Origin: Somniosus microcephalus
Lineage: Eukaryota
Length of the DNA stretch: 64,000 bases
Direction: 5' to 3'
Assembly (NCBI GenBank): GCA_052327205.1
Contig: CM126203.1
Span: 272,118,001 to 272,182,000, forward strand
Position numbers and translations under genes: made by a program. Under the pieces are notes generated by a model, which made no database searches, was not told where the DNA came from, and saw only the letters and a list, made by a program, of their open reading frames with translations. The stretch's first letter is position 1, and each line of letters starts with the position of its first letter. Shown here piece by piece: positions 13,955 to 27,421 of the stretch.

Positions 13955-14566
13955 GGGGTGGAAATTTGGCCTGTTTTTGGGACTGCAATAGATGGCCCGC
14001 TGGGAGCACGTGCCAGAGGCCCAAGGCTCACACACAACTTTGCCTCATCAGCTGGCGAGCTGCAGATGGCATTCAGGTGTCCCGAGGCAATTCACCGGTT
14101 TCACAAGGATGTAGTCGGGCATGCTCCCTTCAAGGCCCTCAGTTAAGTCCAGGGAGGGGAGGCGATTGGGAGGGGGGGGGAGGGCCGAGCGGGGGCTGGC
14201 AATGGACTTCGGGACTGCTTTGCAGCCAGGAGGAACAGGCCTGCTTCTCATCGGCTCCACATTCAGATAAGTATTTTCAAAAAGAAACTCTTTAATGTTA
14301 GGTAAACATCGGTCCATTTTTGGGAAGGTTAGGTAAACATGGCAGCCTATTTTTGGGAAGGGGTCCTCAAACAGGCATTAGGCCCCCTATTTGCATATGG
14401 AAAGGGCCTAATGTCTGTTTCAGGCTTGCCCTGGACGTCTACCAATATGGCAGGCAGCGCACTTCCGGTGCGGAGTGTGCTAGCACATGACACCTGCCAT
14501 ATTGAACGCTTAGGTGCCCATTTTGCACCTGTAAAACAGACATGGCGTCAACGAATTTCTAGACCT
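13955..14566. mobile_element. Non-autonomous Harbinger-like element (MITE)
   Basis: Ends GGGGTGGAAATTTG and CGAATTTCTAGACCT resemble the TIR of the 51272-55374 Harbinger; GC-rich non-coding interior. Confidence 0.5.
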
Positions 14567-15017
14567 ATAGCTTTATACTATCTTGAAATCATGTTGGGCA
14601 AAGTCATCTAAACTAGAACAAATTATTGTGCTTGCCTGCAACAGTTTGTGCAGCAAGTTAGTCTTGGACACTTGGAGAATAAACCCTAATTAATAATATC
14701 TACTGTGGCAGAGTGTTTGAGGGCCCTGATCCCCAAGTAAGGGAATGGGCTTTTAAAAAACCTCACCTTTTAAGGGGAAGGGCATGGCCCCTTTAAGATC
14801 TTTGCTTTTAAAAGATAATTGCAACTGGAGTGGAGAGAGACTTTCTCCGTCTGCTGAGGATAAAAGGGTGAGGTTCAAGAGAAGTAGGCAGGCTGAAAGG
14901 CTTGGAGTTGGAGAGGACTACTGTTTGTAGGAGAAAGGAGGCTCCGAGACGGTAGAACCCTGTAACAGTACATAGTACAATAGGCGCTCTCTGTAATGAA
15001 ATCTTAGAAGCCATGTG

Positions 15018-16980
15018 CATAGAAACATAGAAGATAGGAGCAGGAGTAGGCCATTCGGCCCTTTGAGCCTGCTCCGCCATTCAATGAGATCATGGCTGAT
15101 CATCCAAATTCAGTACCCTGTCCCTGCCTTCTCCCCATATCCCTTGATCCCTTTAGCCTCAAGAAATATATCCAACTCTTTCTTGAATATATTTAATGAA
15201 CTGGCCTCCACCACCCTCTGTGGCAGAGAATTCCATAGGTTCACCACTCTCTGGGTGAAGAAATTCCTCCTCATTTCAGTCCTAAATGGCTTACCCCTTA
15301 TCCTTAGACTATGACCCCTGGTTCTGGACTCCCCGGCCATCAGAAACATCCTTTCTGCATCTAGCCTGTCCAGACCTGACAGAATTTTATAGGTTTCGAT
15401 GAGATCCCCTCTCAATCTTCTAAACTCCAGTGAGTATAAGCCCTTCTCCCAATCTCTCCTCGTACGTCATTCCTGCCATCCCAGTTATCAGCCTGGTGAA
15501 TCTTCGCTGCACTCCCTCCATGGCAAGAACGTCCTTCCTCAGGTAAGGTGACCAAAACTGCACACAATACTCAAGGTGCGGTCTCACCAAGGCCCTGTAC
15601 AACTGCAGCAAGACATCCTTGTTCTTGTACTCGAACCCTCTTGCTACGAAGGCCAACATACCATTTGCCTTCTTAACCGCCTGCTGCACCTGCATGCTTA
15701 CCTTCAGCGACTGGTGCACAAGAACACCCAGGTCTCTTTGCACTTCCCCTTCTCCCAATCTACTGCCATTCAAATAATAATCTGCCTTCCTGTTTTTGCC
15801 ACCAAAGTGGATAACCGTGCATTTGCCATGTTTCTGCCCAATCACCCAACCTGTCCAAATCGTACTGCAGTTTCACGACATCCTCCTCACAGCTTACCCT
15901 CCCACCCAGCTTTGTGTCGTCTGCAAATTTGGAGATATTACATCCAATTCCCTTGTCCAGATCTATTGTGAACAGCTGGGGTCCTAGGACCGATCCTTGC
16001 GGTACCCCACTAGTCACTGCCTGCCACTCGGAAAACGACCCGTTTATTCCAACTCTGCTTTCTGTCCGCCAACCAGTTCTCTATCCAAGTCAATACCTTG
16101 CCCCCAATCCCATGTGCCTTAATTTTGCACGCTAATCTCTTATGTGGGACCTTATCGAAAGCCTTCTGAAAGTCCAAATACACCACATCCACTGGTTCTC
16201 CCTTATCTATTTTAGCAGTTACATCCTCAAAAAATTCCAGTAGATTAGTCAAGCATGATTTACCTTTTGTAAATCCACGTTGACTTTGTCCGATCCTGTC
16301 ACTGCTTTCCAAGTGCTCTACTATTACATCTTTTACAATAGACTCTAGCATTTTCCCCACTACCGATGTCAGGCTTACCGGTCTACAATTCCCTGCTTTT
16401 TCTCTACCACCTTTTTTGAATAGTGGGGTAACATTAGCTACCCTCCAATCCATGGGTACTGTTCCAGAGTCTATCGAGTTCTGGAAGATGACCAGCAATG
16501 CATCTACTATCTCTAGGGCCACTTCCTTAAGTACCCTGGGATGTAGACCATCAGGCCCTGGGGGTTTATCGGCCTTCAGTCCCATCAATTTTCCTAACAC
16601 CATTTCCCTACAAATACTGATTCCTTTCAGTTCCTTCCTCTCATTAGACCCTATGTTCCCTGGCATCTCTGAGAGGTTATTTGTGTCCTCCTTTGTGAAG
16701 ACAGAACCAAAGTACGTATTTAGTTGGTCTGCCATTTCCTTGTTTCCCATTATAAATTCTCCTGATTCTGACTGTAAGGGACCTACGCTTGACTTCACCA
16801 ATCTTTTTCTCTTCACATATCTATAAAAGCTTTTACAGTCAGTTTTTATGTTCCCTGAAAGCTTACTCTCATATTCTATTTTCCCTTTCTTAATTAATCC
16901 CTTTGTCCTCCTTTGTTGAATCCTAAACTGCTCCCAATCCTCCGGATTATTGCTTTTTCTCCTCCGGATTATTGCTTTTT
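15018..16980 (-). mobile_element. CR1 LINE, 5'-truncated, with frameshifts and small internal deletions
   Basis: RT motifs [31 protein letters not shown]; (TATGTTTC)n tail at 15018-15035. Confidence 0.95.
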
Positions 16981-17279
16981 GAAGATAAACCATAGAAGTT
17001 TACAACACATTCATACCTTCTGTCTATGCTGGTTCAATGCATTACCAAATATAAATTATATTGCATGATGAAGTTATGAGACTGGAATAACTGGCTCTAA
17101 ATTTGTTTATTTAATCACAGCAACCTACATCTGTTTATTAAATGCCATGAGAAAATGCAGAATAAAATTTTTACAAATATTTATGAAATGGGTACAAGCA
17201 CGCAGCAGTTTGTACTTGGCTTATTATGCATTGTAAAAGGAACAGATTATGTTTTCCTCATGACAATTTCAGACATTAA

Positions 17280-17722
17280 AAAAAAAGAATTTTCATTTAT
17301 ATAGCACCTTTCACATCCTCAGGACATTCTAAAGTGCTTCACAGTCAATTAATTGCTTTTTGAAGTAGTCACTGTTGTTATGTAACCAAACGCAGAAGTC
17401 AATTTGCGTAAGGCAAAATCCCATAAACAATATTGAGATATTGATCTGTTAATCTAATTTTGGTGGTGTTGGTTGGCCAGGACACTGGGAGAATTTCCCA
17501 GCTCTTATTGGGGTCGTGCCATGGGGTCTTTTACATCCATCTGAAAAGGCAGACGGGGCCTTGGTTTAAAGTCTCATCCTTAAGACAGCTCCTCTATCAA
17601 TGGCGCTCTCCCTCAGTACTGCACTCAAGTGTCAGCTGCGATTGTGTGTTGATGTACTGGACTGGGGCTTAAATCCATGACTTTCTGACTCCGAGGCAAG
17701 AATGCTATCACTGAGCCAAGCC
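17280..17722 (-). mobile_element. tRNA-headed SINE (SacSINE1/DeuSINE-like)
   Basis: Minus-strand head GGCTTGGCTCAGTGATAGCATTCTTGCCTCGGAGTCAGAAAG; body shared with the copy at 33242-33567. Family name is from recollection. Confidence 0.65.
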
Positions 17723-18040
17723 AACAATTTCTATTACATCGTGAACAAACTTGTATTTGATTTTGTAGATGTTATACTGCTGATTATGTTAACCTCAGTT
17801 TTTGTTTGGATCACTGTCTTCAGTTTTTGTCTAAATAGTCTTTTACAACCATGCAGCTTTTCGTAAACAAACTGATAAAAGTCTAGAAGAAAGTTAGCAA
17901 AATAAAAAGACAGCTGTCTGGATTTCAGTAGAAGCACTATTCAGAGATCACTTTATCAACCAACGTTTTATGCAGATTCCTTCATAGCAGCCCGAGCAGA
18001 ATTATGTGTCAATATAATTTATGAGCATTTAAGTCTGATC

Positions 18041-18203
18041 NNNNNNNNNNNNNNNNNNNNNNNNNNNNNNNNNNNNNNNNNNNNNNNNNNNNNNNNNNNN
18101 NNNNNNNNNNNNNNNNNNNNNNNNNNNNNNNNNNNNNNNNNNNNNNNNNNNNNNNNNNNNNNNNNNNNNNNNNNNNNNNNNNNNNNNNNNNNNNNNNNNN
18201 NNN
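18041..18203. other. Assembly gap (163 N)
   Basis: Run of N directly abutting the minisatellite. Confidence 0.99.
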
Positions 18204-20372
18204 CCCCCCCAGTCTCTCTCTCTCTCCCCCCCAGTCTCTCTCTCTCTCTCCCCCCCAGTCTCTCTCTCTCTCCCCCCCAGTCTCTCTCTCGCCCCCCCGC
18301 CCAGTCTCTCTCGCCCCCCCGCCCAGTCTCTCGCCCCCCCCGCCCAGTCTCTCGCCCCCCCGCCCAGTCTCTCGCCCCCCCGCCCAGTCTCTCGCCCCCC
18401 CGCCCAGTCTCTCGCCCCCCCGCCCAGTCTCTCGCCCCCCCGCCCAGTCTCTCGCCCCCCCGCCCAGTCTCTCGCCCCCCCGCCCAGTCTCTCGCCCCCC
18501 CGCCCAGTCTCTCGCCCCCCCGCCCAGTCTCTCGCCCCCCCGCCCAGTCTCTCGCCCCCCCGCCCAGTCTCTCGCCCCCCCGCCCAGTCTCTCGCCCCCC
18601 CGCCCAGTCTCTCGCCCCCCCGCCCAGTCTCTCGCCCCCCCGCCCAGTCTCTCGCCCCCCCCGCCCAGTCTCTCGCCCCCCCGCCCAGTCTCTCGCCCCC
18701 CCGCCCAGTCTCTCGCCCCCCCGCCCAGTCTCTCGCCCCCCCGCCCAGTCTCTCGCCCCCCCGCCCAGTCTCTCGCCCCCCCGCCCAGTCTCTCGCCCCC
18801 CCGCCCAGTCTCTCGCCCCCCCGCCCAGTCTCTCGCCCCCCCGCCCAGTCTCTCGCCCCCCCGCCCAGTCTCTCGCCCCCCCGCCCAGTCTCTCGCCCCC
18901 CCGCCCAGTCTCTCGCCCCCCCGCCCAGTCTCTCGCCCCCCCGCCCAGTCTCTCGCCCCCCCGCCCAGTCTCTCGCCCCCCCGCCCAGTCTCTCGCCCCC
19001 CCGCCCAGTCTCTCGCCCCCCCGCCCAGTCTCTCGCCCCCCCGCCCAGTCTCTCGCCCCCCCGCCCAGTCTCTCGCCCCCCCGCCCAGTCTCTCGCCCCC
19101 CCGCCCAGTCTCTCGCCCCCCCGCCCAGTCTCTCGCCCCCCCGCCCAGTCTCTCGCCCCCCCGCCCAGTCTCTCGCCCCCCCGCCCAGTCTCTCGCCCCC
19201 CCGCCCAGTCTCTCGCCCCCCCGCCCAGTCTCTCGCCCCCCCGCCCAGTCTCTCGCCCCCCCGCCCAGTCTCTCGCCCCCCCGCCCAGTCTCTCGCCCCC
19301 CCGCCCAGTCTCTCGCCCCCCCGCCCAGTCTCTCGCCCCCCCGCCCAGTCTCTCGCCCCCCCGCCCAGTCTCTCGCCCCCCCGCCCAGTCTCTCGCCCCC
19401 CCGCCCAGTCTCTCGCCCCCCCGCCCAGTCTCTCGCCCCCCCGCCCAGTCTCTCGCCCCCCCGCCCAGTCTCTCGCCCCCCCGCCCAGTCTCTCGCCCCC
19501 CCGCCCAGTCTCTCGCCCCCCCGCCCAGTCTCTCGCCCCCCCGCCCAGTCTCTCGCCCCCCCGCCCAGTCTCTCGCCCCCCCGCCCAGTCTCTCGCCCCC
19601 CCGCCCAGTCTCTCGCCCCCCCGCCCAGTCTCTCGCCCCCCCGCCCAGTCTCTCGCCCCCCCGCCCAGTCTCTCGCCCCCCCGCCCAGTCTCTCGCCCCC
19701 CCCGCCCAGTCTCTCGCCCCCCCCGCCCAGTCTCTCGCCCCCCCGCCCAGTCTCTCGCCCCCCCCGCCCAGTCTCTCGCCCCCCCCGCCCAGTCTCTCGC
19801 CCCCCCGCCCAGTCTCTCGCCCCCCCGCCCAGTCTCTCGCCCCCCCGCCCAGTCTCTCGCCCCCCCGCCCAGTCTCTCGCCCCCCCGCCCAGTCTCTCGC
19901 CCCCCCGCCCAGTCTCTCGCCCCCCCGCCCAGTCTCTCGCCCCCCCGCCCAGTCTCTCGCCCCCCCGCCCAGTCTCTCGCCCCCCGCCCAGTCTCTCGCC
20001 CCCCCGCCCAGTCTCTCGCCCCCCCCGCCCAGTCTCTCGCCCCCCAGCCCAGTCTCTCGCCCCCCCGCCCAGTCTCTCGCCCCCCCGCCCAGTCTCTCGC
20101 CCCCCCGCCCAGTCTCTCGCCCCCCCGCCCAGTCTCTCGCCCCCCCGCCCAGTCTCTCGCCCCCCCGCCCAGTCTCTCGCCCCCCCGCCCAGTCTCTCGC
20201 CCCCCCCGCCCAGTCTCTCGCCCCCCCGCCCAGTCTCTCGCCCCCCCGCCCAGTCTCTCGCCCCCCCGCCCAGTCTCTCGCCCCCCCGCCCAGTCTCTCG
20301 CCCCCCCGCCCAGTCTCTCGCCCCCCCCGCCCAGTCTCTCGCTCCCCCCCCCCCCAGTCTCTCTCTCTCTCT
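18204..20372. repeat. Homogeneous 20-bp minisatellite (GCCCAGTCTCTCGCCCCCCC)n, roughly 100 copies
   Basis: Near-perfect tandem array varying mainly in C-run length; both ends grade into CCCAG(TC)n simple sequence. Confidence 0.98.
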
Positions 20373-20529
20373 CCTTACACCCTCTCTCTTTCCCTCTCTC
20401 CTTCCCACACAGACAGACAGACAGACAAACTCTTTTATATATATTAAAAATTATTTCTACTTTTTTCATAACAACATGCCCTCAAAAAACCCTCGGCACT
20501 GCCGGGCACTCCAGCTAGTACAGTTATAA

Positions 20530-22322
20530 AACACCTTGGGATTTTCCTTTATTTTGCCCGCCGGTGTTTTTTAAGCCCTCTCTTCGCTCTCCTAATTTCT
20601 TTTTCAAGTACCCCCCTGCACTTTCTGTAGTCCTCTAGGGCTTCCATTGTTTTTAGTCCTTTGTATCTGCCAAAAGCCTCCCTTTTTTTCCTAACCCATT
20701 CTTGTATATCCCTTGACATTCAGGGTTTCCTGGGCTTGTTGGTCCCACCCTTGACCTTTAGGGGAACATGTTGATGTTGTACTCTCTCTATTTCCTTTCT
20801 GAAAGACTCCCACTGCTCTGATGTGGATTTTCCTACAAGTAGCTGATCCCAGCCCATTTGGGCCAGATCCTGCCTTATCATATTAAAATTGGCCTTCCCC
20901 CAATTTAGTACCTTTATTTCCGGTCCATCTTTATCCTTTTCCATGACTACCTTAAATTTCACCGAATTATCGTCACTGTCACCAACCTGCTCTCCTACTG
21001 ACACTTCTACCACTTGCCCGGCTACATTCCCTAGAATTAGGTCCTGAACCACCCCCTCACTTGTAGGACTTTCTACATGCTGGCTCAAAAAGCTCTCCTG
21101 GATGCACTTTAAGAATTCCACACCCTCTAAACCTTTCACACTCTGACTATCCCAGTTAATATTGGGGAAGTTGAAATCCCCTGCTATTATTACCCTATTA
21201 TTTCTACACTTCTCTGAGATTTGCCTACATATCTGTTCCTCTATCTCCCCCTGACTGTTTGGGGGCCTATAGTACACTCCCAGCAAAGTGCTTGCCCCCT
21301 TTTTGTTTTTAAGTTCTACCCATATGGCCTCATTAGAGGAACCTGCTAAGAAATCATACCTCCTTACAGCATTAATTGTCTCCTTGATTAATATTGCGAC
21401 ATCCCCTTCTCTTTTACACCCCCTCTGTCTCGCCTGAAGATTCTATACCCCGGAATATTGAGCTGCCAGTCCTGCCCCTCCCTCAATCATGTCTCTGTGA
21501 TAGCAACAATATCATACTCCCATGTGTTCATCAACACCTTCAATTCACCTGCCTTAGTCGCAAGACTCCTTGCATTAAAATAAATGCCATCCAGCCTTGC
21601 CATTCTCCCTTGTGCCATTACATATTTGCTCTGCCTTCCAGGCTGACTTGTTTTTTCCTCTATATTTGGCTGTGCATCACCTCCTACTATAGCTCCACTC
21701 AGTTTCTCATCCCCCTGCCAAGTTAGTTTAAACCCCCCCCCCCCCCCAACAGTACTAGCAAACCTCCCCGCAAGGATGTTGGTCCCGTTCCGGTTCAGGT
21801 GCAACCCGTCCGACTTGTACAGGTCCCACCTTCCCCAGAAGCAGACCCAGTGATTCAGGAAACTAAAGCCCTCCCTCCTGCACCAACTCTTTAGCCACAC
21901 ATTCATCTGCTCTGTCCTCCTATTCCTATACTCACTAGCACGTGGCACCGGGAGTAATCCAGAGATGACAACCTTTTGAGGTCCTGCTTTTTAATCTACC
22001 TAGCTCCCTAAATCCTTGTTGCAGGACCTCATCCCTCTTTCTACCCATGTCATTGGTACCAATGTGAACCATGACCTCTGACTGTTTGCCCTCCCCCTTC
22101 AGAGTGCCCTACAGCCGTTCAGTGACATCCTTGATCCTGGCACCAGGGAGGCAATATACCATCCTGGAGTCACTTCTGTGGCCACAGAAACCTCTATCTG
22201 TTCCCCTTACGATAGAATCCCCTATCACTATTGCTCTCCCACTCTTTTTCCTCCCCTCCTGTGCAGCTGAGCCACTCGTAGTGCCACGGACTTGGCTCTT
22301 GCTGCATTCCCCTGAGAAACCA
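20530..22322 (-). mobile_element. CR1 LINE 5' portion (ORF1 SGNH esterase-like domain and APE endonuclease), degraded
   Basis: IVIGDSIVRG, CLPGARIKDV, DGLHLN (ORF1); YFNARS, GVYYRPPN, AGDFNFPNINW (endonuclease). Confidence 0.88.
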
Positions 22323-22352
22323 TCGTGCCTTTTAATGAAGCTCCACAATCTA

Positions 22353-24270
22353 TCATAGCCAACTCACTCTCATACCGTCGTAGTTTCCTTTGTTTAGATT
22401 TAGGACCCTAGTTTTGGATTGGACTACTTCACTTTCCATCTTAATGAAGAATTCTATCATGTTATGGTCACTCTTCCCTAAAGGACCCTGCACACTAAGA
22501 TTATTAATTAACCCCTTTTCATTGCACAATATCCAATCTAGGATAGCCTGTTCCCTAGTTGGCTCCTCAACGTACTGGTCTAAAAATCTATCTCGTGCAC
22601 ACTCCAGGAATTCATCCTCCACAGTATTATTGCTAATTTGGTTTGGCCCGTCTATATATAGATTAAAGTCACCCATGACTACTGTAGTACCCTTGTTACA
22701 TGCATCTCTAATTTCCTGTTTGATGCCGTCCCCTAGATTACCACTACTGTTTGGAGGCCCATAGACAACTCCCACCAATGTTTTCTGCCCCTTGGTGCTT
22801 CTTAGCTCCACCCAGACTGATTCTACATCTTGAATATCTGAGCCAATATCCTTTCTCACTGATGCTCTGATTTCATCCTTTACTAACAACGCCACCCCAC
22901 CTCCTTTTCCTTTTTGCCTGTCCTTCCTAAATATCGAATATCCTTGGATATTCAGCTCCCAGCCTTGGTATCCGTTTACATCTATTTGCGCTGTTAATTC
23001 ATCTACCTTATTACGAATGCTTCATGCATTCAGATACAGTGCCTTTAGATTTGTCTTTTTATCATTTTTAGACATCTTAACATTTTTTGTACTATGGTCC
23101 TATTTGCCTTATTACCATTTTTTCTTACCCAGACCCTATTTGTTAGTGCACTTTTTTGTTTGTATACTCTGTCTCTTCCTCACACAATCTGGTTATCCTT
23201 ACCCCAATCACTTTCCTGCACTGCTTCCTTGTCCTTTCTCTTCAGCATTCTAGATTTCTCTCCACCAGGACCACCCCCCCCCCCCCCCCCCCCATTTAGT
23301 TTAAAGCTCTATCTACCTCCCTAGTTATTCGATTCGCTAGAACTCTGGTCCCAGCATGGTTCAGGTGTAGTCCGTCCCAACGGAACAGCTCTCTCTTTCC
23401 CCAGTACTGGTGCCAGTGCCCCATGAATTGAAACCCACTTCTCCCATACCAATCTTTGAGCCACACATTCATCTCCCTGATCCTATTGCTATTGACCCTA
23501 TGCCAATTTGCTCATGGCTCCGGTAATAATCCAGAGATTATGACCTTTGTGGTTCTGCTTTTTAATTTAGTCCCTAGCTGCTCAAACTCTCTCAGCAGAA
23601 CATCTTTCTTTGTCCTACCTTTGTCGTTGGTACCTACGTGGACCACGACAACTGGATCCTCCCCCTCCCACTCCAAGTTCTTCTCCAGCCCGGAGGAGAT
23701 GTCCTTTACCCTGGCACCGGGTAGGCAACATAGCCTTCAGGACTCACGCTCCTGGCTGCAGAGAACAGTGTCTATCCCCCTAACTATACTGTCGCCTACT
23801 ACAACCACCTTCCTTTTTACTCCCCCCCCCCCCCCCCCCCCACTTGAATGGATTCCTGTACCGCGGTGCCGTGGTCAAGCTGCTTGTCCTCCCCGCAGCC
23901 CCCACACCTGTCCACAATGGTTGCAAGAACCTCAAATCTATTGGACACGTGCAGGGACTGAGGCTCCTGCAATACTACCTCCTGGACCCCCGTACCTGCC
24001 TCACTCACAGTCACACCCTCTTATCCCTAACCACGTATCAATTCTAAAGTATTTAATCTAAGGGGTGTGGCTGCCTCCTGGAGCAAAAGGTCAAGGTAAC
24101 TTTCTCCCTCCCTGATGTCTCGCAATGTCTGCAGCTCGGACTCCAGCTCCTCAACTCGGAGCCGAAGTTCCTCGAGCCGCAGACACTTACCGTAAATGTC
24201 GCCCTGGACAAAAATGTCCACAAGCTCCCACATATTGCAGCAGCAACACATCTCCTGTTCTCCCATTATT
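22353..24270 (-). mobile_element. Second CR1 LINE 5' portion (ORF1 and endonuclease), different subfamily
   Basis: ORF1 N-terminal C..C.MWE and coiled coil LEELRLRVEELESELQTL, VSNRFEVL; endonuclease VMGDFN and LGKSDHN; cut off at about 22353. Confidence 0.88.
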
Positions 24271-25179
24271 TTATTTATTTAATTAATTAGTTTAGTGTTA
24301 ATCAAATTATTTACCTCGTTTAGTTTATTAAATTAAATTTAGTTTTTAAAATTTAGTTATATGCTATATGTTAACTTAAAACTTAGCCCACAGACACTAC
24401 CAATCACTTACCTACCTTACCTGTGACGTCACACTGCAGTTTTCTCTTGTTGCAGGTCTGCTGCTGCATTTAGCCCCGCTCTCGGGCCGCGGTCTGCTCC
24501 CGCTCAGGTCCACCACCTCTCAAACTCCCAAGTTGTTCACTCTGTGCCTGCTGCACTCAGATTTATAGGCACAGTCACAATTTATAGGCACAGTGCCATT
24601 TTTGTTCTGCCTGCCTGTTATATTAATTGTGATAAATGTTTCATTACATTGAACAACTAGAGTGAATAAAACAGATGAGGCTTTTGTCTTGTAATTTTGT
24701 TGTCCCTAAAATGTCATGGGAAATTTCAGTTCATCATGAAGTTGCAACTAAAACCAATTCCTCAAAAAGAAAATGTCATTGGCAAGTGGCCACAAAGATT
24801 GTCACTCTATTTAGCTAGATGTAAACAACCATGATTTAATATACTCAGAATAGAAAGCAAATCTGAAGCATAATTCAGTAGTGTCACTTTTAATGTAAAG
24901 TGGTCTTACTTGTGGGTGTAAGTGCTATTCCATAATTACTAGATTCCTCAGTAGAAACTTTAATGCATTTAACACTATTAAGAGGTTATTTTTTTCAGTG
25001 ATGAATAATTAAAAGAGGGTGCAAATGATAGTGGATTGGCGGTTAGGATCAGATCAGCCATGATCTTATTGAATGGCGGAGCAGGCTCGAGGGGCCGATT
25101 GGCCTACTCCTGCTCCTATTTCTTATGTTCTTATGTTCAAATGACTATTTTATTGTTGCTTTGTTCTTATTTCATTTAG

Positions 25180-25378
25180 GTATGGGTGGGCTCAGTTACA
25201 GAGATAACAAAAAATGATCTGAATGCAGAAGATAAAGACTCATCCCCCGAAGAACTAGTCTACTCTGTCACTCCTCCTAGCAATGGCCACCTTGCTCTAA
25301 AGTCTTCTCCAAATAAACACATCCTCAGCTTCACCCAACTTCATATAAATAATGGGCAACTTGTGTTTGTCCATAATG
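25180..25378 (+). CDS. cspg4b: CSPG4-family exon
   Basis: catttag acceptor and G|gtaagt donor; 199 nt; VWVGSVTEITKNDLNAEDKDSSPEELVYSVTPPSNGHLAL...LVFVHN. No later exon was recognised in the window. Confidence 0.92.
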
Positions 25379-26789
25379 GTAAGTCTTCCTGTTATTCAAC
25401 TTTCAAGTTTGTTTTGGAAATGTTAATGGAATTTAAAGTGGAACATAGTTCTCGAACTAAATGAGGAGACTCTTGATAACATTTTAGCAGTTTCATAAAC
25501 ATAGGACCTGAATGTTGAACCACTGGAGAATAGTGGATGTAGTGCCAATTTTGATAAACCAAACGAGATATGTATCTGAGAATTCGAGACCAGTTAGCCT
25601 TATATAGTTATTGGGGATGGGATATGTACAAGGTTTATCTGAAAGTTGCAGAGGCCTTAAGGAATAGTCAGCATTGATTTTAGAAGCTGTGGCTCACAAA
25701 CATGCTAGAAGGATTTGAAGAATTAAATAAATTGGTTAAAATTTTATACAGTAGATATAATACTTGGATTTTCAGAAGGCATTTGATAAAGCCAAAATAA
25801 TTAATAGCTAATTGGATTCAAAATTAGCTCAACAATAGGAGGCGGTGATAATCTGCGACTGGAATCCGCACAGTAGAGTTGCACAGGGATCTGCTTTTGG
25901 TTCCTTGCTGTTGAATCTGAAACTGCATTTTGTAATCCTACAGAATTTACTGATGAAATTAAACCTTCCAGCCAGTTGCCGCGTGTAAAGGACACTGATG
26001 GCATTTAAATCTGTACTAATTAAGTAGATGAGCTAAAGAATAACAGACAAATTTTAATGTGCATAAATATAAGCTGAAGCACAGGAACACAGTGAAGAAC
26101 TTCATTAGCAAAGGTGGAAAAGTTCATGTGCAGCTGTTATTACTACTTTGGCTGGAATTTTTACCTGGAGATCACATACTGATCTGATAGATGGAAAGTG
26201 CAGATCAGACACAAAAACCGACGAGGTTTTAGAAATCACCTACAAAGTACTGAAAGCAAACTCCGAGCAAGTACTGTGAGCAAAAGCCTTTCTCAGAGGT
26301 AGCGAAGCAAGTGTCAACTCTCAGTTCTTATGGGATTTATTGTCTGTCATTTGGTCAGCTCCCTCAATTGCCGCTGTGCTCTCGACTTGCTTTCACTGGC
26401 GAGGTCCAGGAAGCCGTGCACCCACAGTTAAAGTTGAAAACCCCTGTTAATAAAGCTGTTAATTATCTCTTAACTGCCTCTTTAAATTGGCAACCTGCTT
26501 CTCCTGAGAGGGTTTCTCGCACGCAGTCGAACACACTCCAGTTAAATGTGGAAGTCGGCGGGTTGGAGCCGACCTCCCGAAGCGCTGTCAATTTCAGCAC
26601 TTTTAACCACCCACACACTCCCAAACACACTCACTCTTTGCAGTTAAAATCCCCCCCCCCCCTGCTTTTGTGTTTACCTATAGAATTCTAGAAACGTCAG
26701 CAAAGAAGGAGGCTACTCGGTCCATTGTCCCTGTATCAGTGCTAGGTCCACATCAGAAATGTTGGCCCAGGCATTAGGATTGTAATGAG

Positions 26790-27240
26790 GGCTGCCCTAT
26801 GAGGAGAGATTGTGTAGAATGGGCCTATACTCTCTGGAGTTTAGAAGAATGAGAGGTGATCTCATTGAAACATACAAGATTCTGAAGGGGATTGACAGGG
26901 TAGATTCTGAGAGGTTGTTTCCCCTGGCTGGAGTATCTAGAACTAGGGGGCATCGTCTCGGGATAAGGGGTCGGCCATTTAAGACAGAGATGAGGAGAAA
27001 CTTCTTCACTCAGAGGGTTGTGAATCTTTGAAGTTCTCTGCCCCAGAGAGCTGTGAATGCTGAGTCTTTGAGTATATTCAAGGCTGAGATAGGTAGATTT
27101 TTGGACTCTAGGGGAATCAAGGGATATGGAGATCAGGCGGGAAAGTGGAGTTGAGGTCGATGATCAGCTACGATATTGAATGGCGGAGCAGGCTCGAGGG
27201 GTCGTATGGCCTACTCCTGCACCTATTTCTTATGTTCTTA
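26790..27240 (+). mobile_element. CR1 LINE 3' fragment
   Basis: LYSLEFRRMRGDLIETYKIL...RRNFFTQRVV, 3' hairpin and (TTCTTATG)n tail. A shorter 3' tail copy lies at about 25018-25137, just before the exon at 25180. Confidence 0.9.
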
Positions 27241-27421
27241 TAAGCTCCACAATAGAGTAGATTTTACATTAGTAGTGTGGGAGCAGAGGGCTTGATGGGC
27301 CAAATAATTTTTTGACATTTCGCATTTTATGTTCTTGTGATAGTTCCTGAATTGACGGAACAGGAGAAATGTCACGCAAAGAAAGGCAAACCGGTAAAGG
27401 ATGAATATTGTGGAACGTTTG

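Noticed and set aside
18009-20469. Two ~800-aa G/R-rich ORFs, or a CRISPR-like array
   Set aside because: They are translations of a stop-free 20-bp tandem repeat running through an N gap; there are no unique spacers or cas genes and the context is eukaryotic.
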